Shown in pieces: positions 1 through 9,008 of a DNA stretch of 64,000 nt. Position numbers and translations under genes: made by a program. The DNA comes from Candidatus Latescibacterota bacterium (GTDB lineage: Bacteria > Latescibacterota > UBA2968 > UBA8231). The DNA is taken from the NCBI GenBank assembly GCA_965215195.1, contig CBDCDC010000002.1, forward strand, positions 4,672,001-4,736,000, read 5' to 3'. The first letter of the stretch is position 1, and every line of letters starts with the position of its first letter. The notes under the pieces are model-generated. The model did not search any database, was not told the DNA's origin, and was given only the letters and a program-made list of their open reading frames with translations.

Positions 1-26
1 GACTCCGACCGCACCGAGCACATCGA

Positions 27-2027
27 CTAATTTTCGCCGATCGCCAAGCTCGGCTGCTCGAGTGCCACCTCGGACAGCCGCCCTCCCTCCAGCTCTTCTA
101 CGGTGCCGTCGGCTAGGCCATAGAGCCGCACCAATCCCGCACCCTCCCAAGCCGCTGGGATCGCAGCCCCGGCAACCGCTGGCAACAGCAGGGCCAGTGT
201 GCGGTTCGGTCCCCGGAGCAGCCGCACGGTCGCGCCATCGCCCTCCACGCTAGTGGCCGCAAAGGGCGCGTGAAAGTGCTGTAGCAGCGCATTGAGGCAG
301 CGCAGGACGCCAAAGGCGGGCCGGGGGTTGCACAGGGGATCCAGCAGGCCTTGGCCCACATCCATGGTGCGGTCAAGGTCGATAAAAGGCTCGACAAAGA
401 GCCGCGCCCGCGGCAGCAGTGCCGTTGCAAAGAGCGCCTCCGCGGCCCGCACTGCATCCTCTTGGTCGCTTTGCCCGGGCAACTCAAAGAGCAAATCCAG
501 CCGGCCCATCGTGGCCAAGGCACTTACCTCGCGCCAAGCCAAGGCATCTTCCCAAGGGGCCGCTGCGTCCAGTCGGCACAGGGCCGCTTCTATCCAAGTA
601 TCAGCGTCTTGCAAGCGACGGTCGAGTTGGGCCATTTCCTCGGGCCGGTAGCCGATCCGGGTGCGCGGGTGCTGCTTGCCGGCCATCTGCTGGCCGGGGA
701 TCACCGGGGCCAAGGACAGCCGCAGATTGCGGTGGTAGCTCTTGAACAAATACAGACACGACGAAGAAGGCCAAGGCCCGCCCGGCGTCTGGATCTCCCA
801 AGTATCCACTTGGTCGCGGCGACGTTCCAGAATGGACTCGTAAGGCGTATCCTCGTCGTCGAGAATGGTCGCCTGCACTTGGACGCCTTGGCGGCGCAAA
901 AAGCGCAGGCGGTCGCCGGACTGGTCCAAGTCGGTCCAAGGGCAGCGCAGGGTCTGTGCGCCTAGCTCCAGACAGGCCAGTAGGGGATAGTCGTTGCGCA
1001 CCGGCTGGCGCACCACCGAGGGAAAGGTTATGGGGACTTGCGCTGCCCAGCTCAGCGGGTGGGTTGCGGTCAGTCCCAACGGGGCCCCGCCCAAGTCGGC
1101 GGTTGCCGGGGTGAGCAGCCGCCGCGCTCTGGGTGCCCCGGCCGTGCGGATCAGGTGGATGTCGAGTCGGTTGTGGCGCAAGCGGCACAGGTAGAAACCC
1201 AACTTGGGCTGGTCGTCGCGGCCCTGCTCGGATGGTGGTGGGCCGCTGAACAAGTGGCTAAAACCGGGCCGCGTAAAAGAAGTGGAGGGGACGGTGCGAT
1301 AGTCCAAGGCGCCCGCCGAGTCGCAAAAGGCAAAATGCACGTGGGCCGCAAAGAGCCAAGCCACCCGGTGGGCGGCCAACAATTTTAGCAGCCAAGCGCG
1401 GGCTGGTTCGCCGATGTTGTCGTAGTGGCCCAGATGCGGCTCGGCCGGGTTGTGCAGATAGGGCGGCAGGTGCAAAAACACGGCCATGCGCATCCCGGCG
1501 TGCGCGGCCAAGTCGGCTTCTAACCAAGCCCTTTGCTCTTCCTCGGCCGGCAGGCCGGTGTTCAGAATCTGGCTGTTGAGCACGACTAAGTGCAGGTCGC
1601 AATGGTCAAAGCTGTACCAAGATGGGCCAAAGCGCTGGTGGTATGCGGCCAGCCCCTCGGCGGTGACCGGATGGGTCGGCATGGTGGGGTCGGGTTTGTC
1701 GCCCACGTCGTGGTTGCCCGCCACCCAGCGCGGCTGTACGCCGCAGGCGGCCATCTGCGCTAGGGCTTGGTCCAAGGCCGGGCCAAAGCCCGCGCTTCCG
1801 GGGTACTCCTGCACGACATCGCCCATGTGGACGACAAAATCCGGCGCTAAGGCGGCCACCGAGCGCAACGCCGCAGCCACTCGTCGGCTCTGTTGGGCGC
1901 GGGAGGGAAACTCGTCCATCCCAACGCCCCCTTCTAGCGCATAGTGGGTATCGGCGATGACGACGAACTCGCCTAGGGCCTCGGGCAATAGGGTGCGGTC
2001 GAACAGGGTGGGCACAGCGTTATCCAA
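27..2027 (-). CDS. Calcineurin-like metallophosphoesterase with a long C-terminal domain of unknown function
   Basis: Motifs DTH, GDVV, GNHD, LH and AHVH match the metallophosphoesterase signature; the start overlaps the stop of the upstream SBP gene. Confidence 0.8.
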   Translation of the reverse strand: MDNAVPTLFDRTLLPEALGEFVVIADTHYALEGGVGMDEFPSRAQQSRRVAAALRSVAALAPDFVVHMGDVVQEYPGSAGFGPALDQALAQMAACGVQPRWVAGNHDVGDKPDPTMPTHPVTAEGLAAYHQRFGPSWYSFDHCDLHLVVLNSQILNTGLPAEEEQRAWLEADLAAHAGMRMAVFLHLPPYLHNPAEPHLGHYDNIGEPARAWLLKLLAAHRVAWLFAAHVHFAFCDSAGALDYRTVPSTSFTRPGFSHLFSGPPPSEQGRDDQPKLGFYLCRLRHNRLDIHLIRTAGAPRARRLLTPATADLGGAPLGLTATHPLSWAAQVPITFPSVVRQPVRNDYPLLACLELGAQTLRCPWTDLDQSGDRLRFLRRQGVQVQATILDDEDTPYESILERRRDQVDTWEIQTPGGPWPSSSCLYLFKSYHRNLRLSLAPVIPGQQMAGKQHPRTRIGYRPEEMAQLDRRLQDADTWIEAALCRLDAAAPWEDALAWREVSALATMGRLDLLFELPGQSDQEDAVRAAEALFATALLPRARLFVEPFIDLDRTMDVGQGLLDPLCNPRPAFGVLRCLNALLQHFHAPFAATSVEGDGATVRLLRGPNRTLALLLPAVAGAAIPAAWEGAGLVRLYGLADGTVEELEGGRLSEVALEQPSLAIGEN

Positions 2028-3771
2028 CCGGGCGCAAATTGAGCAACACCAGCAGCCAAGAACGCGCCCAATACGAAGTGTTCATATAGGGATCTTCCGC
2101 CGAAGGCCACCCGGTCCAGTACGTCTCGTTGACTGGGATCCGGTGCGGCCACTGCACAATTGGAATCGCCGGCAGCTCGGCAAGCCAGAGCGCCATTGCC
2201 CGCCGGTAAATCGCCATCATCGCGGGATCGTCGTTGGGCGTCTGCGCCATGCGATCGACTAGCGAGTCGAACTCGGCGTTCTGCCAGCGCCAGTAGTGCT
2301 CGGCCGTCTCACCTGTCGGCTTAGCGAAACGGCTGTGGTAGTGGCTCAGCACTTGGTAGGGATCGCGCATTGAGCTCAAGTTGCCAAACATAAAAGCGCG
2401 CGCCTCGCCTTGGGCCACCCGCGAAATGTAGTCCGCAGTCATGCGGAACGAGGCATCGAAACCCGCCGCTTGGAGCTGGGCGACCAAAACCGGCGTCAGG
2501 TCTTGAAAATGCGCGAAGATATCGATGACGAGCGAAAATGTCTCGCCGTCCTTCTCCCATAAGTCATCCGGTCCCCGCATCCACCCCTTGCCCGACATGA
2601 TCGCGGCCGTGCGCGCAGTGTCGTGGACGCCGATCTCGTATCGGGCCACTAGATCTGCCGCGGCGGCAAAATAGGGCTGCATCTGCGGCACGTCCGGCAG
2701 CGGCAACAGCGCGTAGTCGCCCGAGTTCTGCCAGCCGATCTCGACCAGTTGTTCGCGATTGATGGCGAAGTTGATCGCCCGTCGGATCTCGGGATCGTCG
2801 AAAGGGGCCTCCATATTGTTAAAGCCCAAGGTAATCGCCCACGGCGTCATGTAGCTGTAGGGCGGCTCGCGCCCCGTCCAAGTGCTCATTTTGTCGTGTT
2901 GTGCGAGCAAGGTGATGATGTTGGATGGCCGGAGTTCCAAACAGGTGTCGAGCTTATTGGCCAGCAGGTTCTGCACCCGCTGGTGCTCTTCCATATAGGG
3001 CAGAAAGATCAACCGCTCAACTTGGGGCAGCGCGTGGAAGCCGGTCTTGGCCGCCCACCAGTCCGGGCGCAGATCCCAGATTCGCTGCGCTGGCTCCGAC
3101 AGCGCAATGCGATACGGCCCGGTGACCACCGGCCAACCGCTGGCCAGATCGTAATTGGCAAACCGCAAGGGATCCCGACCCTCCCAGATGTGTTTGGGGA
3201 CGATGGGTACGCCGTTGCCGTGGTTGTGGGTGAAATAACTGAAGAGAAAGCGCGGGTTAGGCGATTTGAGGACGATTTTTGCCGTCAGGCTGTCGATTGC
3301 CACCGCCTCTTGGACCCAAGTTTCCATATCGGTGGAGAACACCAGTTGCGGCGCGTGTTCTTTGAGCATGTTGACCGTAAAGACAAAGTCGTGCGCCGTC
3401 CACGGCTGCCCGTCGCTCCACTCCACGCCCGGGCGTATATCCACCGCGACTTGAGTGTAGTCCGCGTTGAACCGGTGTCCGGTGGCGATCCACGGCAGCG
3501 GTTCGGCGTCGGCCTTATAGCCATTGAAGAAGTAGAGCGGCTCGTAGAGGAATTGATAGCCGATCCGCGAGATCCCGCCCGGCACGAAGGGGTTGAAGGT
3601 GTTGTAGTCTTGGATCTGGCCGCCGCAGGTGTTGCTCTCGGCGCAATCGACGATCAGCGTGCGGTTGCGCGGCACTTGCTGCAAACCGTCCGTCGCCTGT
3701 TCGCCGCAGGCTATTAGCACCGCGCTGCAGAGGAACGCCCAGTGCCCAGCGGCCCTAGACCATTTTTCCAT
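2020..3771 (-). CDS. ABC transporter substrate-binding lipoprotein, family 5 (peptide/oligosaccharide)
   Basis: Lipobox AVLIAC; GVEWSDGQPWTAHDFVFT, VTGPY and PFDDPEIRRAINFAINRE are typical of SBP_bac_5; ATG at 3771 chosen as start. Confidence 0.9.
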   Translation of the reverse strand: MEKWSRAAGHWAFLCSAVLIACGEQATDGLQQVPRNRTLIVDCAESNTCGGQIQDYNTFNPFVPGGISRIGYQFLYEPLYFFNGYKADAEPLPWIATGHRFNADYTQVAVDIRPGVEWSDGQPWTAHDFVFTVNMLKEHAPQLVFSTDMETWVQEAVAIDSLTAKIVLKSPNPRFLFSYFTHNHGNGVPIVPKHIWEGRDPLRFANYDLASGWPVVTGPYRIALSEPAQRIWDLRPDWWAAKTGFHALPQVERLIFLPYMEEHQRVQNLLANKLDTCLELRPSNIITLLAQHDKMSTWTGREPPYSYMTPWAITLGFNNMEAPFDDPEIRRAINFAINREQLVEIGWQNSGDYALLPLPDVPQMQPYFAAAADLVARYEIGVHDTARTAAIMSGKGWMRGPDDLWEKDGETFSLVIDIFAHFQDLTPVLVAQLQAAGFDASFRMTADYISRVAQGEARAFMFGNLSSMRDPYQVLSHYHSRFAKPTGETAEHYWRWQNAEFDSLVDRMAQTPNDDPAMMAIYRRAMALWLAELPAIPIVQWPHRIPVNETYWTGWPSAEDPYMNTSYWARSWLLVLLNLRPVG

Positions 3772-3809
3772 ATTCGCCGTACTTTCTTCCGCGTCCAACG
3801 TTTAGGTAA

Positions 3810-3947
3810 TTGACGTTACGCAGCTAGTGGTTCGTTGTGGTTGTCACTCCGCCGCCCTGATAGATGTCAGCGCCCGTGAAGCCTGCTTGCGCAGGAATGA
3901 CCCATTACGCACTACGAGCAGTTTTTTAGCAAAGTGCATAACGTCAG
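3810..3947. mobile_element. Putative 138-bp MITE containing a REP-like palindrome
   Basis: Ends TTGACGTTACGCA and TGCATAACGTCAG form an 11/13 inverted match; flanks TTAGGTAA (3802-3809) and TTGGGTAA (3948-3955); internal GTCACTCC...CCTGCTTGCGCAGGAATGAC. Confidence 0.6.
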
Positions 3948-4074
3948 TTGGGTAACATAACGCGCGGAGTTCTCCGTTGTCCACATCCGCTCCCGCGCCG
4001 TCCCTTGAGCGAGCGGGCCATGTGCGCTAATATGGAGAGTGTGCCTGCCCACCCTCACGCCCCGAGGTGACGCC

Positions 4075-4521
4075 ATGAACGCCCTACTCCCCTTCGCCCT
4101 ATTGTCGCTCGCCGCTTGCTCCGACCCTTGCGCCGAAGCCATCGACCAAGCCTTCCTCGACCGCGAGGCCGCCAAAGAAGGGGCCGTGCGCACCGAATCC
4201 GGCCTCATCTATCAGCAGCTAAAGGCCGGTTACGGCCCCCAACCCGGGCCTAAAGCCCGCGTCACCGTCCACTACAAGGGCATGTTTGCCGACGGCAAGG
4301 TCTTCGACAGCTCGTACGAACGGGGCCGCCCCAGTACGCTGTCGCTCAAAAGGGTCATCCCTGGCTGGACCGAGGGTTTGCAGATGATGAAGGGCGGCGG
4401 TCAGGCGCGGCTGGTGCTCCCGCCGGAGTTGGCCTACGGCAAAAAGGGCAAGCCCGGCAGCATTCCCCCGTGCGCGACCTTAATTTTTGAAATTGAGCTA
4501 TACGAGATAAAAGGGAGTTGA
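4075..4521 (+). CDS. FKBP-type peptidyl-prolyl isomerase, lipoprotein
   Basis: VHYKG, VFDSS, VIPGWTEGLQMM, PPELAYG and TLIFEIEL motifs; lipobox LAAC; RBS GAGGTG. Confidence 0.92.
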   Translation: MNALLPFALLSLAACSDPCAEAIDQAFLDREAAKEGAVRTESGLIYQQLKAGYGPQPGPKARVTVHYKGMFADGKVFDSSYERGRPSTLSLKRVIPGWTEGLQMMKGGGQARLVLPPELAYGKKGKPGSIPPCATLIFEIELYEIKGS

Positions 4522-4525
4522 ATCC

Positions 4526-5389
4526 ATGAGTACGCTACCGCGCCGCAAGATGGGGCGCACTGGCATGCAGCCCCGGGCGCTCGGCATGGGCGCAGCCTTT
4601 GTCAGCCACGTCGCCGAGGCCGAGACCATCGCCACCATTGAACGCGCCCTCGATCTAGGCATAGACTACTTCGACAGCTATGCTGGCCGCAACGAGGACC
4701 GCTGGGGCAAGGCACTCGCTGGCGTCGAGCGGTCGAGCTATTACATGCAGGCCAAGGTCGGCCCGCACCCGGAGCGTCCGAAAGACTTTTCGGCGGCCGC
4801 CACGCGCTGGAGCGTCGAACAAAGCCTGCAATCGCTCCGCGTCGATTACCTCGACGCCGTGCTGGTCCACGATCCACCCGACATCGCCGACCCGTTGGGC
4901 ACTGGTCGCGCCTTTGACGAGCTGCAAAAAATGAAGGAAGAGGGTTTGGTGCGCCACATTGGTTTGGGGGTTCGCGAGCACGAATTCCACCGCGCCGCCA
5001 TCGAAGCCGGCCACGCCGAGATCGTCCTCACCTTCCTCGACTACACGCTCCTCGACCAGTCCGTCGCCCGCACCACCATGCCCTTGGCCAAAAAGCACGG
5101 CACCGGCCTGATCTTGGCCAGCGTCTTTGGCATGGGTCGCTTGACCGGCGTTGAGCCAAACCGCGTCGCCGAGCCACGCGCTCACGCCATGTGGCAGTGG
5201 TGCCAAGAGCAAGATGTAGAGATCAAGCACTTGGCCATGCAGTTCTGCCTCGACGCGCCCATCAACGGCATTGTCATGAGCGGCCCCGCCGACCGCCATC
5301 AGCTTCAGGACGCGTACGACGCGGCGACTCGGGAAGTGCCCGCCGAAATTTGGGCCGAGTTTGAGGAGACGTTCGGGGTTGGGGTCTAA
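4526..5389 (+). CDS. Aldo/keto reductase
   Basis: RKMGRTG, GIDYFDS, SLQSLRVDYLDAVLVH, EGLVRHIGLG. Confidence 0.9.
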   Translation: MSTLPRRKMGRTGMQPRALGMGAAFVSHVAEAETIATIERALDLGIDYFDSYAGRNEDRWGKALAGVERSSYYMQAKVGPHPERPKDFSAAATRWSVEQSLQSLRVDYLDAVLVHDPPDIADPLGTGRAFDELQKMKEEGLVRHIGLGVREHEFHRAAIEAGHAEIVLTFLDYTLLDQSVARTTMPLAKKHGTGLILASVFGMGRLTGVEPNRVAEPRAHAMWQWCQEQDVEIKHLAMQFCLDAPINGIVMSGPADRHQLQDAYDAATREVPAEIWAEFEETFGVGV

Positions 5390-5403
5390 TTATGGAGTAG
5401 AAC

Positions 5404-6168
5404 ATGGATTTCTCATTACCTGAAGGTCGCAGTTACTTTGCAACTGTCGCAGATTCGTATGATCGGCTCCAGCCAGTCCTAAGTCCACCTTACAACAAGG
5501 GCTTGGACATGATTGTGGATCTGATCCCCTTCGATCTCGATGATTCATTCGAGTTTGTGGAACTCGGCTGTGGCACGGCAGAGCCGACTGCGCGCGTGTT
5601 GGAACACTTTTGCCACGCCACTGGCACCTGCATAGACAGCGAACCGGACATGCTTGTGCTCGCTAGGCGGAAACTGACGCCATATTCAGGTCGAATTGAG
5701 GTACGGGAAGCGAACATAATTAGTTGCGATATCCCGCACTGTGACGTGGTGTTCTCGTCCAAGACCATTCATCACGTTCCGCCGGCCGATTTGCCCGAAC
5801 TTTTTGCCCGGATTGTGGATGCACTCCGGCCGGGCGGTTGCTTCGTCCTGTACGACGCCATGTCGGTCGGCCCCCGTTGGGGAGCAAGTGTTCGGCGGCA
5901 GTCATTGTGCTTCCGCCAGCGCCATCTCCAAAACGCAGTTGCTGCCGGGATAGCTAGTTGGCAAGAGATTGATGCTAGGGTGGAGTACAAGCGAGCGATG
6001 AAAGCCGCTGGGAAGGATGTCGAATACGAACATAGTGCCGAGAACATGATCGACGCCCTGAGCGAGGCCGGGTTTGATGAAGTTGCTGTCGTCTGGCGCA
6101 TGTTTGCCGACGCGATCCTGCTGGCTTTCACCCTATCTCCGGTTTCCTCGCCTACGGAGCGCAACTGA
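5404..6168 (+). CDS. Class I SAM-dependent methyltransferase
   Basis: VELGCGTA motif I and LRPGGCFV. Confidence 0.85.
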   Translation: MDFSLPEGRSYFATVADSYDRLQPVLSPPYNKGLDMIVDLIPFDLDDSFEFVELGCGTAEPTARVLEHFCHATGTCIDSEPDMLVLARRKLTPYSGRIEVREANIISCDIPHCDVVFSSKTIHHVPPADLPELFARIVDALRPGGCFVLYDAMSVGPRWGASVRRQSLCFRQRHLQNAVAAGIASWQEIDARVEYKRAMKAAGKDVEYEHSAENMIDALSEAGFDEVAVVWRMFADAILLAFTLSPVSSPTERN

Positions 6169-6172
6169 TTAA

Positions 6173-6772
6173 ATGAGTACGTGGCGTGAATTGACATTTC
6201 CGACCAATTCCTTAAAGGACGCGGTACTCGTTATCGAGGATGAACGTGCGAACGTACTCGCCGATCCACTTCGCTGGCGCATCCTCGAAGTCCTTGGAGA
6301 CGGGAAGTCGGTTGCGGAAATTGCGCAGACCTTGGACGTTACCGATGCTCGGGTGCTATACCACTTGCAACGACTGGTGCAAACGGGTGTCGTACATTGG
6401 GAGGAAGATGGAGCAGAGCCCCAAGGATGGCGTTGTTTGCCAGCAGTAGGTGCGATTCGCGTTCGAGAGAGCCTTGCGGCGAATGACCAAATTGCGGAGG
6501 CCATGCCAACGGATGTCGTAAGCCAGTTCAATCAAGCATTGCGCGAAGCGGCCGAGGGTTTATATGGTTCGACCTTCCAGCAATCCGTCAATCACAATCG
6601 CGCACGACTTTCCGCAGAACAGGCCGCCGAATTTAGTCGTCGATTATTGGTGCTTATAGAAGAATACTTTCCCCCGGGGAAAGGGGATCGACAGGGCATC
6701 AAATACGGTTTCTACGGGATTCTCACGCCGATTGATCTCCATCCACTTGGGGACTCTGAAAGCGGGGAGTAG
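6173..6772 (+). CDS. ArsR-like winged-helix transcriptional regulator
   Basis: LADPLRWRILEVL...SVAEIAQTL...LYHLQRLVQTGVV. Confidence 0.85.
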   Translation: MSTWRELTFPTNSLKDAVLVIEDERANVLADPLRWRILEVLGDGKSVAEIAQTLDVTDARVLYHLQRLVQTGVVHWEEDGAEPQGWRCLPAVGAIRVRESLAANDQIAEAMPTDVVSQFNQALREAAEGLYGSTFQQSVNHNRARLSAEQAAEFSRRLLVLIEEYFPPGKGDRQGIKYGFYGILTPIDLHPLGDSESGE

Positions 6773-6865
6773 CTGTTAGGAGACTCACGAAACGCTGCAT
6801 CGAAGCATTTCCCCCGCCATGTCTTTTGTTTATTGACAACGGTTGATGTATTAGCGATTTGACGC

Positions 6866-7116
6866 ATGATCAAATCCTTTAAGGACAAGGAAACAGAGAA
6901 GATTTTTCCAAATTGCCGCAGAATATTCAACGAGTAGCTACACGCAAGCTCGAACAACTCAACGCTGCCACGGTCTTTGACACCTTGCGTGTACCGCCTA
7001 ACAACCGGCTCGAAGCGTTGACCGGTGATCGACAAGGGCAGCACAGCATTCGTGTGAACGACCAGTGGCGTGTGTGCTTTGTGTGGCGCGACGATAATGT
7101 TTTTGAGAAGCAATGA
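6866..7116 (+). pseudogene. higB: Frameshifted HigB/RelE-type toxin
   Basis: ATG at 6866 gives MIKSFKDKETEKIF; homology continues in another frame as LPQNIQRVATRKL...PPNNRLEALTGDRQGQHSIRVNDQWRVCFVW; the usual VEIVDYH end is absent. Confidence 0.85.
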
Positions 7117-7205
7117 CCAAGCGCGACTTTTCGCCAATCCATCCGGGTGAGGTTCTATTTTTGGCTGACAGGCTGAATCAAGAAGTTCGGATGCACACGG
7201 CCTAA
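7113..7205 (+). pseudogene. higA: Internally deleted HigA antitoxin (30 codons)
   Basis: MTKRDFSPIHPGEVL, the HigA N-terminal HPGE motif, is joined directly to a C-terminus-like LADRLNQEVRMHTA; the HTH is missing; ATGA overlap with higB. Confidence 0.75.
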
Positions 7206-7294
7206 GAAGCGGTCTGAAAACTCTTGGCGGTCTTCGCGTAGATGATGTATTAGGACGAAACGACAACCTGCAAGCTGTTAGGAGGCTCGCGACA

Positions 7295-7519
7295 ATGCAT
7301 AGGGCGTGGAAAGACTACATTGAGAGCACTGCGGACGTGCTGCGCGGGAAACCGCGTATCAAGAATACGCGAATACCTGTGGCTTTGGTGCTCGGCTACT
7401 TGGCGGATGGTTATTCCGCCGACCAAATCATAGCCGAATTTCCGGATCTGACGACCGAGAGCGTCGCCGCCTGCTTGGATTATGCCCGTGAATTGGCGAA
7501 TTTTGAAGTAGCTGCCTGA
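7295..7519 (+). CDS. DUF433 family antitoxin-like protein
   Basis: GKPRIKNTRIPV...IIAEFPDLT...ACLDYA. Confidence 0.9.
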   Translation: MHRAWKDYIESTADVLRGKPRIKNTRIPVALVLGYLADGYSADQIIAEFPDLTTESVAACLDYARELANFEVAA

Positions 7520-7881
7520 TGGCGGCCGTTTTCTTTGCTGACCATTGCGTACCGACGGTGGCCATAGATGATCTAAGACAAGCAGGCTATGAAGTACTTG
7601 TATTAAAGGATCACCTCCCGACTGCATCGCCTGATGAGGTCGTCATCGCTGAAGCCGGGAGGCTTGGAGCGGTGCTGCTATCGCTTGATGGAGACTTCGC
7701 AGACATAGTGCGCTTTCCGCCGAGCAACTACCGTGGAATTATTGGACTACAGGTCAAAAATCACCCAAGAGTCATCCCACACATCATGTCCCGTCTCCTC
7801 GATTTCCTTTCGAGTCAGGAAGGGTCCGATATCAATGGCAAACTGATTCTCGTAGAACCAGACAGAATCAGAATTCGCTGA
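7519..7881 (+). CDS. DUF5615 PIN-like (VapC45-type) toxin
   Basis: FFADHCVP, PDEVVI, LLSLDGDFAD and C-terminal RIRIR; coupled to the DUF433 gene. Confidence 0.85.
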   Translation: MAAVFFADHCVPTVAIDDLRQAGYEVLVLKDHLPTASPDEVVIAEAGRLGAVLLSLDGDFADIVRFPPSNYRGIIGLQVKNHPRVIPHIMSRLLDFLSSQEGSDINGKLILVEPDRIRIR

Positions 7882-8024
7882 TATACAAGACTTGAGCTTA
7901 ACCGCCTCGCCGGCTCTGTTCATGTTCGCTGGGATGCGGCCGATTGCGGACATTGTCTCCTTGACACCCTACGATAGTACCTTTCATTCACACCCTCCAT
8001 TCTTCCTTATCTCGCGGGGATACC

Positions 8025-8918
8025 ATGTCGCAGGCAACAGATGATTTGAGGGGCAGCTTGGTCGCCTTGGTGACGCCGATGACCGCATCGGGGGCCATCG
8101 ACTGGGCGGCACTGGATGGCTTGGTGGATTGGCACTTAGCGTCCGGGACCCACGGCATTGTGCCGGTGGGCACCACCGGCGAATCGGCCACCCTGACCCA
8201 CGCCGAACACAAGCAAGTGATCGCATCAGTAGTGCGCCAGGTGGACGGCCGCGTGCCGGTGGTCGCAGGCACCGGTGCCAACGCGACGGCCGAGGCCATC
8301 GAATTCACCCGGGCGGCGCAGGGCGACGGTGCCGACTATTGCCTGTCGGTGACGCCGTACTACAACAAGCCGACTCAGGAGGGCCTTTACCGGCACTATT
8401 GCGCCATCGCCGAGGCCGTGGACTTGCCGATGGTCCTCTACAATGTGCCGCCGCGCACGGCGTGCGACATGCAGGCCGAAACTGTGGCTCGGCTGTCTGC
8501 TGTCGATTCGATCGTCGGCATCAAGGAAGCGTGTGGCGACCCCAGCCGCGTCGCCGAGATCAAGGCGCTGGTGACCGACGACTTTGTCTTGCTGTCCGGC
8601 GAGGACGCACAGACGCTCACTATGGCGGGCCACGGTGCCGTCGGGGCGATTTCAGTGACCGCCAATGTCTTGCCGGCCGCCATGGTCGAATTCTGCCAAG
8701 CGTTCATCGACGGCGATGACGACAAGGCCCGCGAGTTGGATGCCAAGCTCCAGCCGATTCACGAGGCCCTGTTCATGGAGACGAGCCCCATCCCAACGAA
8801 ATGGGCGCTCAATGCCATGGGCAGGATTGACGTCGGTATCCGCCTGCCGCTGGTGGAACTGACGGCTCCCGTGCAGGACGAAGTACGCAAACGACTGGCG
8901 ACTTTGGGCGCACTTTAA
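8025..8918 (+). CDS. dapA: 4-hydroxy-tetrahydrodipicolinate synthase
   Basis: GTTGES, TPYYNKPTQEG, LYNVP, GIKEA, RLPL. Confidence 0.95.
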   Translation: MSQATDDLRGSLVALVTPMTASGAIDWAALDGLVDWHLASGTHGIVPVGTTGESATLTHAEHKQVIASVVRQVDGRVPVVAGTGANATAEAIEFTRAAQGDGADYCLSVTPYYNKPTQEGLYRHYCAIAEAVDLPMVLYNVPPRTACDMQAETVARLSAVDSIVGIKEACGDPSRVAEIKALVTDDFVLLSGEDAQTLTMAGHGAVGAISVTANVLPAAMVEFCQAFIDGDDDKARELDAKLQPIHEALFMETSPIPTKWALNAMGRIDVGIRLPLVELTAPVQDEVRKRLATLGAL

Positions 8919-9008
8919 CGACCGAATCTGAAGGGATTCGGTGAGTGCGCTTTCGACAAGTCTTGCCCGCCCCGCAATTTCGTTCTATTACTTTTATCCG
9001 AGGGAAAA

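Larger units (their letters stand above)
6771..7292 (+). repeat. Imperfect 20-bp direct repeats flanking the higBA remnant
   Basis: AGCTGTTAGGAGACTCACGA (6771-6790) vs AGCTGTTAGGAGGCTCGCGA (7273-7292), 18/20 identical. Confidence 0.75.
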
